Assembly (NCBI GenBank): GCA_964016885.1
Contig: OZ024743.1
Span: 178,250,001 to 178,314,000, forward strand
Length of the DNA: 64,000 nt
Direction: 5' to 3'
Source: Eledone cirrhosa
Lineage: Eukaryota
A program made the translations under genes and the position numbers. Shown here one piece after another: positions 37,870 through 50,286 of the stretch. Each line of letters starts with the position of its first letter. Within the stretch, counting starts at the first letter, position 1. The notes beneath the pieces are model-generated. The model was not told the DNA's origin. It saw nothing but the letters and a program-made list of their open reading frames with translations, and searched no databases.

Positions 37870-38778
37870 TTGTGTGTGTATATTATGTCTATACAAATAT
37901 CTATACATGCAAACACATATGCAAAAAAATCCACTGATGAAACAGAAGGAGAAAGATAGACCGTGAGACGAGAAAAAAAAGGAAAAACATTATTGAGAAA
38001 TTAATGTATAACTTATACAGCCTGTTTTAACTTATTTCTCTAAAATCACTGTGACAATAATAACAACATCACAGATGAGCAAGCAGCTGAGAAGAAAGGT
38101 GTTTGGTGATGTGCTGAACAACTCCTAATTAATAAATGTGCAATATGAGAAGTGCAGCAACAGAGGAGCAATATGGCTACAGTTTGGCTGGCTTTTTGGA
38201 AAGTGTTTGATTCAGCTTCCCACTCTTGGATAATAGAAGTCCTCCGACACAGTACAGTGAAGAAGTATATTAGTTTAACACTTGATATAGTAGGAAAACA
38301 GTCTTAATGTTTCAGGTGCAAGTGCTTCATCTGAAGATAGAATGAGAAAAAAAAGATGGAACAGAAAGAGAAAGATAGACAGTGCGATGAGAAAAGAAAG
38401 GAAAATATTATTGAGAAAATATGTGTGTATTCAGTCGGCCATTTTGGAGGAAAAAATATTTTGTTTGATGAGTTTATAAAAAACAAGGATACGACAATTA
38501 CCTAGCTATTGGTATAAACAACACTTTCCCTTTTAGATTTGTAATAACTGAACAATGCAATGTTAGTGTTGAGAACATTCATTACAATGCAATGGCTGTG
38601 CTAACAACACTCATTACATTATTCTTATCTAAATGTATCTTTTTCACAACAATGCCAGGAAGTAAGAGAAATAATAAACTTTAAAAAGAAAATATTTAAA
38701 CACAGTCTTGTATAAAATACACAGAAATTTTGTAGATGATACAAAATAATTCAGAAGGTTTCAGAGCTGAAATCCATT

Positions 38779-38866
38779 TCATTGACATATATTTTGTTGT
38801 ATTAATGATGGTAGATTTTCCCACTGTGACTTCAGGCGTATGTTTCGTTGTCGTTGTTGATCCATT
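38779..38866 (-). CDS. Probable terminal coding exon of an unidentified host gene ((R)MDQQRQRNIRLKSQWENLPSLIQQNICQ*)
   Basis: Acceptor TTTGTATTTCAG; phase matches the donor of exon 41358-41538. Confidence 0.6.
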
Positions 38867-39887
38867 CTGAAATACAAATGTAAATAGTTGGAATATGTAA
38901 TTAGAAGGCTATATACAATTTGAAATTATATCTTATAGCAAAAACATTAGTAGAAAGTATGAAGTGGTCACACAATTCTTTAAGAAGCTTGTAAGAAGTG
39001 GTAATCTTCGCTTTCATCAATGATTAATTCAACAGGTTCTGTTAACAACTGTAGAGGATATTATTTACTCAGTGGAAATAGATGTTATTATTTGGTACAA
39101 ATTAACAGGCTTTCAACAAATATAAGATGGAGAAATAGAATTTAATGAAATGGAGGCACATGGCTTAGTGGTTAGAGCATTGGCCTTGCAATCAAAAGGT
39201 TGTCAGTCCAATTCTCAGACTGGGTGATGTGTTGTTTCCTTGAGCAAGATACTTTATTTCACATTGCTCCAGTTTACTCAGCTGTAGAAATGAGATGATA
39301 GGGACTGGGGTCCATATCATTTCACTGCAAAGTGGTCGTGGAGGTGCCACCGCAAAAACGCCCCCAGCACTCACTGTAAATGAGGTTGGTGTTAGGAAGG
39401 GCATCCAGCTGTAGAAATCAAGCCAGAATCAGTTCCCGTCCCACCCTTGCAAGCAGGGAAAAGCGGACGTAAAATGAAATGATGATGATGAGTGATGACG
39501 TTTAATAAAATGTAGGGAAAACAACAAAGACATATTAAAAAGATTCAAGAATACAATTAACAAACTTTAGATATATATAATAAGATAAAAAGTAAAGATC
39601 TGGAGAGCATTGTTAAAATAGCAGGTGTTCTGATTAGAGATGAGGACTGCTTAAACAGGTCAAGTTATGAGTTTTGATTTGAGATTGCTGTTCATGTAGA
39701 AGTAGGAGTCAATGTTGTTTTTAATATAGTTTGATAAGTATAAGCTTAATAATATATATGTGTGCATTGTATGTTAATATAGAAATATTTAATGCGTGAG
39801 AAGGTTGTGTATATATATATATATATAAAAAATAAGTAAGTCAAACATGTTCAATTTGGCTTTGTTTATTATATTATTATAAATTCT

Positions 39888-39941
39888 CTGCTATATATAT
39901 TTCAGTGACAGCTATTATTGGCTATGACCTCTTCAGGCAAT
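39888..39941 (-). ncRNA. Minimal type-I hammerhead ribozyme
   Basis: TTGC-CTGAAGA-GGTCATAGC/GCTGTCACT-GAAA-T-ATAT-A-TA-GCAG; AUA cleavage triplet. Confidence 0.65.
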
Positions 39942-39947
39942 ACAAAT

Positions 39948-40100
39948 TAATTGTTTCTACTTTAGGCACAAGGCCAGCAATTACCCAGTGCATTATTGGT
40001 ACTTTATTTTATCGACCCCGTAAGGATGAAAGGCAAAGTCAACCTCGGCGGGATTTGAACTCAGATCGTAAAGGGACGTAACTATGCTGGAAAGCATGGC
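39948..40100 (-). mobile_element. 5'-truncated tRNA-derived SINE (family of 8171)
   Basis: Nearly identical to 26554-26700. Confidence 0.85.
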
Positions 40101-40181
40101 AATGTAGAAAGAACAGGTAAACATGGTGTTGAAATGTGTTCCACTCTGTCAATTCATCGATATGTCCCACAAGGAACTGGA

Positions 40182-40235
<54 letters not shown>

Positions 40236-41357
40236 GGTAAAGAGTAAAGATCCCCTTTGGTCACGAATGACCAAGTGATTTGCACCTAGAAAGTTCCCCC
40301 CTGAGGCACAAGTCTGGACAAGGTTGTTTGTAGAAGACCATACATACGAGTCTCACCTCTCCACATCACCGATGTTGTCCAAGGGAAAGGCAAATGCCCA
40401 TACAGCTTCAATCACGTTACAACTCATTTCTACAGCTCAGTGAACTGAAGCAGCATGAAGCAAAGTATCTTGGTTAAGAACACAATGTAAGGCCCGGTCT
40501 GAGTATCAAACTCACAACCTCATGTTCTAACCACTAAGCCATCTGCCCTAATATATATATATATATATACACAGTTCAAGAGTAACCAATCTTAAAGAGA
40601 GAGATGGAGATAGGAGAGGAGAGATTGGTGAAATATATGGAACATTACATTATGTAACATTCTCTCCTTATTTTAATTTATATTCCTTTGAAGTTCCGAT
40701 GAGCCGCTCTGTTTTTAAATATGTTAATTATTTTCAACTGAACCAGATCAATAATGATATATAGTCGTCCCACCCTTGCAAGCAGGGAAAAACGGACGTA
40801 AAATGATGATGATGATGATGATGATGTCATCTGATCCAGAAATATTATATGGAGTAGCGAAACAATTATAAACGGACATTATTATTATTATTATTCTCTA
40901 CATTCCTTACATCAAACTAAAATATGTTGACAATCTTTTAATAATGTCTTCCTTGTGAAATTTGTGGTCTTGTTTTGCTTAACTAATGAATATATATATA
41001 TATAGTGTATGTGATCCAGTGAATTACTGGTGGTGGTACCAAAACAAGCACTTGATGCATGGGCAGAGTGTATATATGAATAAAAACTACTATTGGGAGT
41101 TAACTGCGAGCCCTGTGAGGTGGAGAGGTTGTCCCTTGCCATCCTTCGGAAAAATTTCTTCTCCATCCTGTTGGTTGGGTCAATGAGGCAGACTGACCCT
41201 TAAGTTTCATTTATGGTGGTGGTATGTAGATTAGATTTTCTTACATAAACATGATTAGTAAGAATGTGAAAATATTTAAACACACAAATAAATATATATA
41301 TTATCTTGAAAAACAAAGAAAGAACTAGCAACTGAAAACTGAAAATAAGTCTCAAAC

Positions 41358-41538
41358 CTCATCTTTAATGTATTCTCCACCAAAGACTCTAATGAAGTTT
41401 CAGAAACACGAGCAATTGATATGGGAATATTAACTTCTTCTTTGTAGAATGTTTCTAATGCAGGAATTGTGTCCAATTGGAATATAACGAAAGAACTATT
41501 TTCATTCATATGGATATCATTGCTATCATCAACAGAAC
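41358..41538 (-). CDS. Probable internal coding exon of the same host gene (SVDDSNDIHMNENSSFVIFQLDTIPALETFYKEEVNIPISIARVSETSLESLVENTLKMR)
   Basis: Acceptor CCTCCTTGTACAG, donor GAG|GTTTGA, 181 nt open, non-repetitive protein-like content. Confidence 0.65.
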
Positions 41539-41699
41539 CTGTACAAGGAGGTAAAATAACATAGTGATGAGTCTTACATTGAAAAGAATGAGTTTAGACT
41601 AAATGAGGAGTTCATAACATCTCAACAGTTCATAACTTAACAGAGGGTCTTACATAAGATTACGATGGAAGATTTTAAAATAAATGTGAAATTGATTCC

Positions 41700-42290
41700 C
41701 TCAGCTGCAATCAAGGCTCGTCAAAATCATTGATAGCTTTTGCTACCTAGGTGACCAAATCAGAAGTAGAGTGAGGAAGATTAGAAGGGGTGACAGCCAG
41801 GGTAAGAACAGGCTAGAAAATGTTTAGGGAGTTGGCATTTCTGTTGAAAACAAAGGGCTTCTCTCAGAGTGAATGGTAGATTGTATGATACTTGCATATG
41901 AACTGAAATGCTATATGGCAGTGAGACATGGGGCCTGATTGCAGAAGACCTGAAAAGAATAGAAAGAAATGAAGCAAATATGCTTTGATAGATATGTAAC
42001 ATTAGTGAGTAATGAACATTTAGCACAAGCAAACTGGGACAAAAAATTTTGCATAAGAAGAATTGAATGTAATGTGTAAGAGAGAAGATTGTGATGGTAT
42101 GGACATGTGATGTGTATGGAAAATGATAGCTGTATAAAGAAATTCAGAGCCATCTCTATGGAGATAACTCATGGAAGAAGCAGACAGGTAGACATGGGAT
42201 AAGGTAGTGAGGGCTGAACTTAAGAAGCTAAACCTCACAACAGGGATGACAAAGGATCACAAGGACAGGCAATATACTGTCTTGACCCCT
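41700..42290 (+). mobile_element. Old RTE LINE 3' fragment
   Basis: Degenerate DSFCYLGDQ, LYDTC, MLYGSETW, WYGHV motifs. Confidence 0.8.
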
Positions 42291-43913
42291 CCAAGTATCA
42301 TTCTCCCCACTTGTTATCATCCTTTTACCAGCCCTCCCTGCTATTACTACATCCCTACTCCCATAGTACAATTCTTAGCATCATTATACTACCCAGACTC
42401 TACTCTATTCAGATTTACTTCCATCATTCATAGCCTCTTTCCCTACTAGCTGTTATCACCACAGTACTTGCTACACTGTCAGATGTGGCCCCTTATCTCA
42501 TCCACCAACACATTTGGTAACACCACAACCTTGTCCATATGGAAGAAAGGGTTCTTCAGTTGAATCAGTAACAACAACCTCTCTAGTAATGGTGCCATAA
42601 CTGCACCCAGTACAACCGGTAAGGTGGTTGATGACAGGAATGACAGCCTACAGTGGAAATCATGCTAAAAGGGTTGAGAGGAGTGTTAGTTGTGTCAGGG
42701 GCATGACAGCCTCTCTGTTGTTGGTGGGTTAAAGACCCTTTTCGATCGTGAATGACCATAGGATTTGCACCTACAAAGTTCCCCTTCAAGGCAGAAGTCT
42801 AGGCAAGGTTGTTTGTGGAAGACCAGCAGTTGCCCATGCATACCAGTCTTCCCCTCCACACCACTGATAATGTCCAAGTGAAAGGCAATGGCTGATACTG
42901 CTTGATCACTCCTTAGTAGCTATTCCCCACACTTTCCTATTCCCATGTATATCCCAAGCCTTTTCCCATCTAGGAACACCCTTCCCCAAACCTTAGTATC
43001 CACACTATCCAGATTCACTACTCCACCCAGGATCACACCCCAATCAGGAGGACTCTCCACATGTGTCAAGCATATGACAACCACTCTAGTGTTGGTGATT
43101 TACATGATAATTCCACTCCTAGTACACTCTGGTAAGTGGTTAATGATAGGAAGGAAATCGAACCATAAAAAACGTGCAGAATAATTCTTTAGCTGTGTTA
43201 AAGACACAAGAACTTCCCTAGTATTGGTAATTTACATGATAAACACACCCAGTACACTCTGTAAAGTGGTTGGTGATAGGAAAGGAATCCAGCCACAGAA
43301 GAAAACCAGTTAAACAAAGAGTCAAAGACATGACAACCTGCCTAGAACTGGTTCTGTGATAGAATGTATTTAGTAGACAATGAGAAAGTTTTTCTAAGGG
43401 AGAACTAGGTCCCACATTTATTATGTAAATCACCAATATTGGGATGTTGTCATGTCTATGACACAGTTGAAGAGTCTTCCTGACCCAATGTTTGGCAAGT
43501 TTTCTATGCCTCAATACTCTTCATATCACTAACCACTTTACAGAATCTATTGATAGTGTTTCCAATAATTCTCAAATCATTTGTGACATGTTTATGCTTC
43601 TATATGAAAGGAAATGTGTTAAAAAATGTGAAAGCCAAAAACACACACATGTATATATATGCATTAAACTTCAATTGTCTCTAGCACACAATATCAAATC
43701 CTTCAAAGCTAAAATATACAAAAATCATTAAATAATAGCACTCAATATAAACCCCTATTAATGCTTTAAATAAGCATTTCTGTTTCAAAATCTTTATTTT
43801 GATAAAATCTGGTTGTCATCTATGATATTGATCATATGATGCAAGACTAGCTGCAAATAAAGAGACAAGGGACTGTAATATCCCCATATTCAATATCATC
43901 ACTGTTTTTCCAT

Positions 43914-43945
<32 letters not shown>

Positions 43946-44059
43946 TACACATATATGTATATAATATACACACACATATGTATATAAATATATACATACA
44001 CACACACACATATATATATATACACACACACAATATAATATACACACATATAAATATAT

Positions 44060-44110
<51 letters not shown>

Positions 44111-44624
44111 TACACATATATATATATATAAATACATATATATATATACACACACGCACACATACATAGGGAGAGATATATATACATATATACATACACA
44201 CACAAAGCTATGTTCATCTCTAAAATTCAAACTCATATCTTAACTAATCAACATCCATACCATCACATTAACATATATATTTCTTATACAAATTCTTATA
44301 CAATTAACATATATATTTCTTATAAAAATTCTAATACAAAAGAACCAGGAATATAAACATTTTAGAAAGGGAAAATATTTGGATATCTTTGTATATCTTA
44401 TTTCATGCATAAATATAGTATACCGCTGATAACTTCCCTAAAGCACACAACAAATACCCATACATACATTACACTTCATATATTACATACAAACATACTT
44501 ACATACATGGCGTTGAATAATGTCATATCAGTATCGGAGACTATTTATGTGTTTGTACAATGAATACTGTACCTTCTAAAGTTTGCTATTAATACAAGTT
44601 TATAAAATATATATATATATATGC

Positions 44625-44912
44625 CAGTGCCCCAGGATGGCCTCAGCCTGTTGACTAGAACATGTAATAGAGTTAAAGTTGTCTTCTTTGGCAAAGAAGT
44701 GCCTCTTACTTCTTAAAGAATATTGTGGCTGCAATCCATCAGTGAAATTAAACAGATAAACATGTTGATTTCTACTATGTTTGCCTTGGCTAGACATGAA
44801 CCAAGGATGAGCTATCTCAGGTTGCAGAACTAATGATAGAAATGTTAGTGGACTTTTGAATTGATTCAAAATCTATGCTGAATCTTCAGGCAAGGGAAGA
44901 TCCTTCGATATG
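44625..44912 (-). pseudogene. Candidate upstream exon of the host gene, with an in-frame TAG at 44875-44873
   Basis: Acceptor TCTGTTTTTGTGTAG; reading frame ISKDLPLPEDSA*ILNQFKSPL...EAILGHW; possible phase-1 donor AA|GTAAGA after 44710. Confidence 0.35.
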
Positions 44913-45160
44913 CTACACAAAAACAGATGAAAAGCTACATTGATAAAAAAATTCCTAATGTTTTCAAACTTAACTGAAAAGCAACTTTGCCAACAATGAA
45001 AAATGCAAATCAACCTACAAAAGTGATTAATGAACAAAAATTGTAGCAGCCTAATGGATCATTCCTTCAAGAAGTTTGTTAGGAATATAAATGACGACTA
45101 AATTAAAAACCAGACCAAAAGACAATGAAGTACAACTGCCACCATTATATGAACAGGCAT

Positions 45161-47130
45161 TGAACATATATAAAGTCTGTCTCAGGTCTGAAGGAGATAC
45201 ATCAGGCTGGTGCTTATCCTGGTTTCCTTGAACATATATAAAGTCTGTCTCAGGTCTGAAGGAGACTCAACAGGCTGGTGCTTATCCTGGTTTCCTTGAA
45301 CATATCTAAAGTCTGTCTCAGGTCTGAAGTTGACTCAACAGGCTGGTGCTTATCCTGGTTTCCTTGAACATATCTAAAGTCTGTCTCGGGTCTGAAGTTG
45401 ACTCAACAGGCTGGTGCTTATCCTGGTTTCCTTGAACATATCTAAAGTCTGTCTCAGGTCTGAAGGAGATACATCAGGCTGGTGCTTATCCTGGTTTCCT
45501 TGAACATATCTAAAGTCTGTCTCAGGTCTGGAGGAGACTCAACAGACTGGTGCTTATCCTGGTTTCCTTGAACATATCTAAAGTCTGTCTCAGGTCTGAA
45601 GGAAACTCAACAGACTGGTGTTTACTCTGGTTTCCTTGAACATATCTAAAGTCTGTCTCAGTTCTGAAGGAGACTCAACAGGCTGGTGCTTATCCTGGTT
45701 TCCTTGAACATATCTAAAGTCTGTCTCAGGTCTGAAGGAGACTCAACAGGCTGGTGCTTATCCTGGTTGCCTTGAACATATCTAAAGTCTGTCTCAGTTC
45801 TGAAGGAGATACATCAGGCTGGTGCTTATCCTGGTTTCCTTGAACATATCTAAACTCACTCTCAGGTCTGAAGGAGACTCAACAGGCTGGTGCTTATCCT
45901 GGTTTCCTTGAACATATCTAAAGTCTGTCTCAGGTCTGAAGTTGACTCAACAGGCTGGTGCTTATCCTGGTTTCCTTCAACATATCTAAAGTCTGTCTCA
46001 GGTCTGAAGGAGATACAACAGGCTGGTGCTTATCCTGGTTTCCTTGAACATATCTAAAGTCTGTCTCAGGTCTGAAGGAGACTCAACAGGCTGGTGCTTA
46101 TCCTGGTTTCCTTGAACATATCTAAAGTCTGTCTCAGGTCTGAAGGAGATTCAACAGGTTGGTGCTTATCCTGGTTTCCTTGAACATATCTAAAAGTCTG
46201 TCTCAGGTCTGAAGGAGATACATCAGGCTGGTGCTTATCCTGGTTTCCTTGAACATATCTAAAGTCTGTCTCAGGTCTGAAGGAGATACAACAGGCTGGT
46301 GCTTATCCTGGTTGCCTTGAACATATCTAAAGTCCGTCTCAGGTCTGAAGGAGACTCAACAGGCTGGTGCTTATCCTGGTTTCCTTGAACATATCTAAAG
46401 ACTGTCTCAGGTCTGAAGGAGATACATCAGGCTGCTGCTTATCCTGGTTTCCTTGAACATATCTAAAGTCTGTCTCAGGTCTGAAGGAGATACATTAGGC
46501 TGGTGCATATCCTGGTTTCCTTGAACATATCTAAAGTCTGTCTCAGGTCTGACGGAGACTCAACAGGCTGGTGGTTAACCTGGTTTCCTTGAACATATCT
46601 AAAGTCTGTCTCAGTTCTGAAGGAGACTCAACAGGCTGGTGCTTATCCTGGTTTCCTTGAACATATCTAATGTCTGTCTCAGTTCTGAAGGAGACTCAAC
46701 AGGCTGGTGCTTATCCTGGTTTCATTGAACATATCTAAAGTCTGTCTCAGGTCTGAAGGAGACTCAACAGGCTGGTGCTTATCCTGGTTTCCTTGAACAT
46801 ATCTAAAGACTGTTTCAGGTCTGAAGGAGACTCAACAGGCTGGTGCTTATCCTGGTTTCCTTGAACATATCTAAAGTCTGTCTCAGGTCTGAAGGAGACT
46901 CAACAGACTGGTGCTTATCCTGGTTTCATTGAACATATCTAAAGTCTGTCTCAGGTCTGAAGGAGACTCAACAGGCTGGTGATTATCCTGGTTTCATTGA
47001 ACATATCTAAAGTCTGTCTCAGGTCTGAAGGAGACTCAACAGGCTGGTGCTTATCCTGGTTTCCTTGAACATATCTAAAGTCTGTCTCAGGTCTGGAGGA
47101 GACTTATCAGTCTGGTGCTTATCCCAGTTT
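45161..47130. repeat. 68-bp satellite, about 29 copies, derived from a SINE 3' end
   Basis: TGAACATATCTAAAGTCTGTCTCAGGTCTGAAGGAGACTCAACAGGCTGGTGCTTATCCTGGTTTCCT; runs directly into the SINE at 47100-47341. Confidence 0.95.
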
Positions 47131-47341
47131 CTATGGCATTAATAGACTGAGGGCAATAGATTTTCCCTGGAAAAGACATCAGTCCATCACATTAGTAAAC
47201 TCCCAGCTATTACTAGTACTCATTTTCAGCTGAGTATACTGGAGCAATGTGAAATGAAGTGTTTTGCTCAAGAAAACAACAGATAAAGCAAACCCACAAC
47301 ATTAAGATCGTATGTCCAACACCCTTACCACTAGACCACAT
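47100..47341 (-). mobile_element. tRNA-derived SINE (family of 24212)
   Basis: A-box TGGTCTAGTGG on minus strand; body homologous to 24212-24490. Confidence 0.75.
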
Positions 47342-47409
47342 TGAACATGTACAAACATAGAAATGAGCTAAGATTGCAAACTTACAGCAGAATTTTAACA
47401 AAACTATTT

Positions 47410-47610
47410 AGACATATAGGTAAATCCCTAATCTGGAATATGACATGTGACTCATTCTCTGCTACCAACCTTATTGCTTCAGCCACAAACCAGAACATTG
47501 TTGCCCTCAATGTGGAAGAGATGATGATTAATAAATACCAGGGCCTGACTGACTGCTCCCTTTCCGTACTGGTTGTGATTGAGACTTCTGGCATCCTTGG
47601 TCCCTGCACC
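47410..47610 (+). pseudogene. CRE-like LINE restriction-like endonuclease remnant
   Basis: WNMTCDSFSAT...EEMMINKYQGL...VVIETSGILGP pattern. Confidence 0.5.
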
Positions 47611-48189
47611 GCCGAGGAAGAAGCCCTGTGAGGCGAGGTGGCTGTTGTAGTGGATGCCACTGTAGCAATGCCTTCACCATTTTGACTCTTGGGAGGGAGG
47701 GAAGCACAGCTAAACCACCACCCAGACTGGAGTGTGGAGTCTGTCTTTTCCTCCCTCCACTTCAATTTTCATTGCTTTATTTTCTTTTCTCATTTTCTTC
47801 TTTCCATTTCTTTTTTTATTTGTTTCATTTAAGTATCATTTTTTCAATTGAAAATATTATTGAACAATTATATAAATTATCTGCTACTGGAAAGAACAAT
47901 TATGAGACACATAAGTATAGGACTTTGAATGTTCTGCTGTATTGAATTTCAGTAATCATTCACCAACAGATGGGGGGTAACAGAGCTGGATTGCAACAAA
48001 AACATACAACTGAAATAAATTACATCCCCTCAAAGGAAAATTGATAGCCTGTGGAAAAACCCTGTTCCCTTCAGAGGTTTGTATTGCCTGAGAGTTGATT
48101 GATGAAGGTTCAAGCAGGTCTTCCTCTACTGTGTCTCCCATGAATTGGTTCCCATAATAGTAGCTTTGAAGTTATAATAAGGTTACTAT

Positions 48190-48620
48190 TGACTGAATAA
48201 TAGACTATACAGAGCTGCACTGTTTTCTGATTTTTTAAGCATGTCCATGGGTATTAGACACATGGAATTCAAAAAGGTGATCAGGGTTGTTGTTGGAAAG
48301 ACGGTTGATAATCTTGTGGGTGTCTACTAAGTCAGTTGCCAGATGTCGGAGCTTTAATGTATACATGCCCAGGGAAGCAAGGTGTTCAGAGTATGGTATA
48401 TGCCTGATGGAGGGTATTCATTTGTTTGCATGTCTTTGAACAGTTTCCAGGAGGTCAATATTCTGAGCAAGCTAAGGGTTCTAGATAGGTGATGCAAATT
48501 CTAAGTGTGGCCACACCATAGCTATATACAGCTTTAAATAGATAGTTGGAGAGTGGCTGACAAAGGTCTAACTGAGTGATGCTAAGACACCCTCAGCGTT
48601 CTTGACAAGAATGGAGGAAT
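48190..48620 (-). pseudogene. CR1-group LINE RT C-terminal remnant
   Basis: LYIAMVWPHLEFASPI..NIDLLETVQRHA..DLVDTHKII..THGH. Confidence 0.75.
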
Positions 48621-49646
48621 GAGTACATTACATGTGTACTCAGCAGTAAACAACAACACCTTGAAAAGGAATGAAGAACTCTTGAACAAATCCTCTGAAC
48701 TCGCTAAGCAAATGCACACTTTCTCTCCACAAAAACATTTTTCGGTTTCTTCCTCTTATGACTCATCTACCTTTCTATTTATTCTTTTATCTTACATTAA
48801 ACTAATACATATCTCCATTGTACTTTATCATTTTCCTGTATTGGTTATCCATTTACTTTTCACACACACACACACATACATATAACAGAAAACTCACATA
48901 TATGTTTATGCATCTATACCTATATTTCTATATTTCACTTTATATACTCTGTAGTGATGTGATCAATGATTTATCTAGCTTTGTACTTTGTCTCTTGTTT
49001 AAAATTCAAACTTTAGTCATAAAGCTCAAGATCAAATAGAGTTATCAATATCTAAGCTTAACTACTGAATTATGAACATGTTTCTAATGAATGTCTATTG
49101 TAACAATATTGGTGCAGCTTTTTATTAGCTTTAGTTTAGGACACGTTTTATATATAGAACAGGAATGAGATGGGAGGCGGCATACTTTTTGACAAAATTA
49201 ATGAAGTAGACAAACATAGGGGAATTAAAATATGACTCAAGAACTAGAAAATGCCCAGCAGGAAATTGAATATGAGAACTTTTGAAGAAAGACATCTTCA
49301 AAATAGCAGTAAAAGAAAAGAAAGAAAGAAAAAAAAACTAAACCTTCCAACAGCTTCCTGAATAAAATTGCTGAAAATTTGAAGAATATTAGAAAACATT
49401 TTTGTGAAAGTTGATAAAACAAGGAATACTTAAAAAATAAAATATAATGCTTACAATGACTTGTTGAAATATATACGTTACTAAGAAAACTTTCTATAAT
49501 ATATTGAATACTATATATGTGGGGATCAGGCTTATAAGTTCTAGTCTCAATATAGATGCGGAATCATTAAATGATTGTTCTTGATGTAAAAAAGAAGTTT
49601 TAACTATCAAGAAGCATAAACTTAATTTTTTTAGTAATCCCATAAG

Positions 49647-49909
49647 CAGGGCCAGATTTAATGGGGAGCAATTGCTTTTGGTCTCAGCATTGGGGGGGGT
49701 TACCAACGATGGGCATAGCAATTTATTTGTGCCCTCAGCTGGGCTTTTTAGTTTATTTGATACCTGTATGTATAACTTTTCAATTCCAATTACTTGTGTC
49801 AAGCTAACTTTGATATGTAAACTTGCTGTGTATTCTAATTTTTTGTGTATGAGGCCCCCCCCCCCAAACCTGGAGTGCCCCGGGTCTTCAAGATCTAAAT
49901 CCAACCCTG
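49647..49909. mobile_element. hAT-type MITE
   Basis: TIRs CAGGGCCAGATTTA / TAAATCCAACCCTG; 8-bp TSD CCCATAAG / CCCATGAG. Confidence 0.82.
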
Positions 49910-50286
49910 CCCATGAGTCATCTTATTAATCAAGTGAAAACATATTCCAATTGAAACACTTTCTCACAGCAATCTCTTTATAACATATATCAGGTACATA
50001 TTATAATGACACCAGTCCTAGAAATATCAGCATGACCTCTCAATACTAGGATTGTCTTTGTTCAACATCCACTTTATTGTGTAAAGTGTTTGAAAAATAC
50101 ACATTCACATACATTTGTGTTTGTTCTTGTATGTATATGCATGAATCTCTCTCATATATATATATATTGGAGGATTTCTGATAACAGGGAGTGACCACTG
50201 TTAAAATAAAAAAGTACTTAATTTGTTAGCATTTACATTACTCTATATTAACTATTGTATTTTCATGGTAAATGCTTTATCTCACA

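Noticed and set aside
45161-47130. CRISPR array or tandem hammerhead (retrozyme) array
   Set aside because: No unique spacers and no cas genes; the minus strand has CTGTTGA/CTGATGT plus a stem but AGAC instead of GAAA, so there is no hammerhead core
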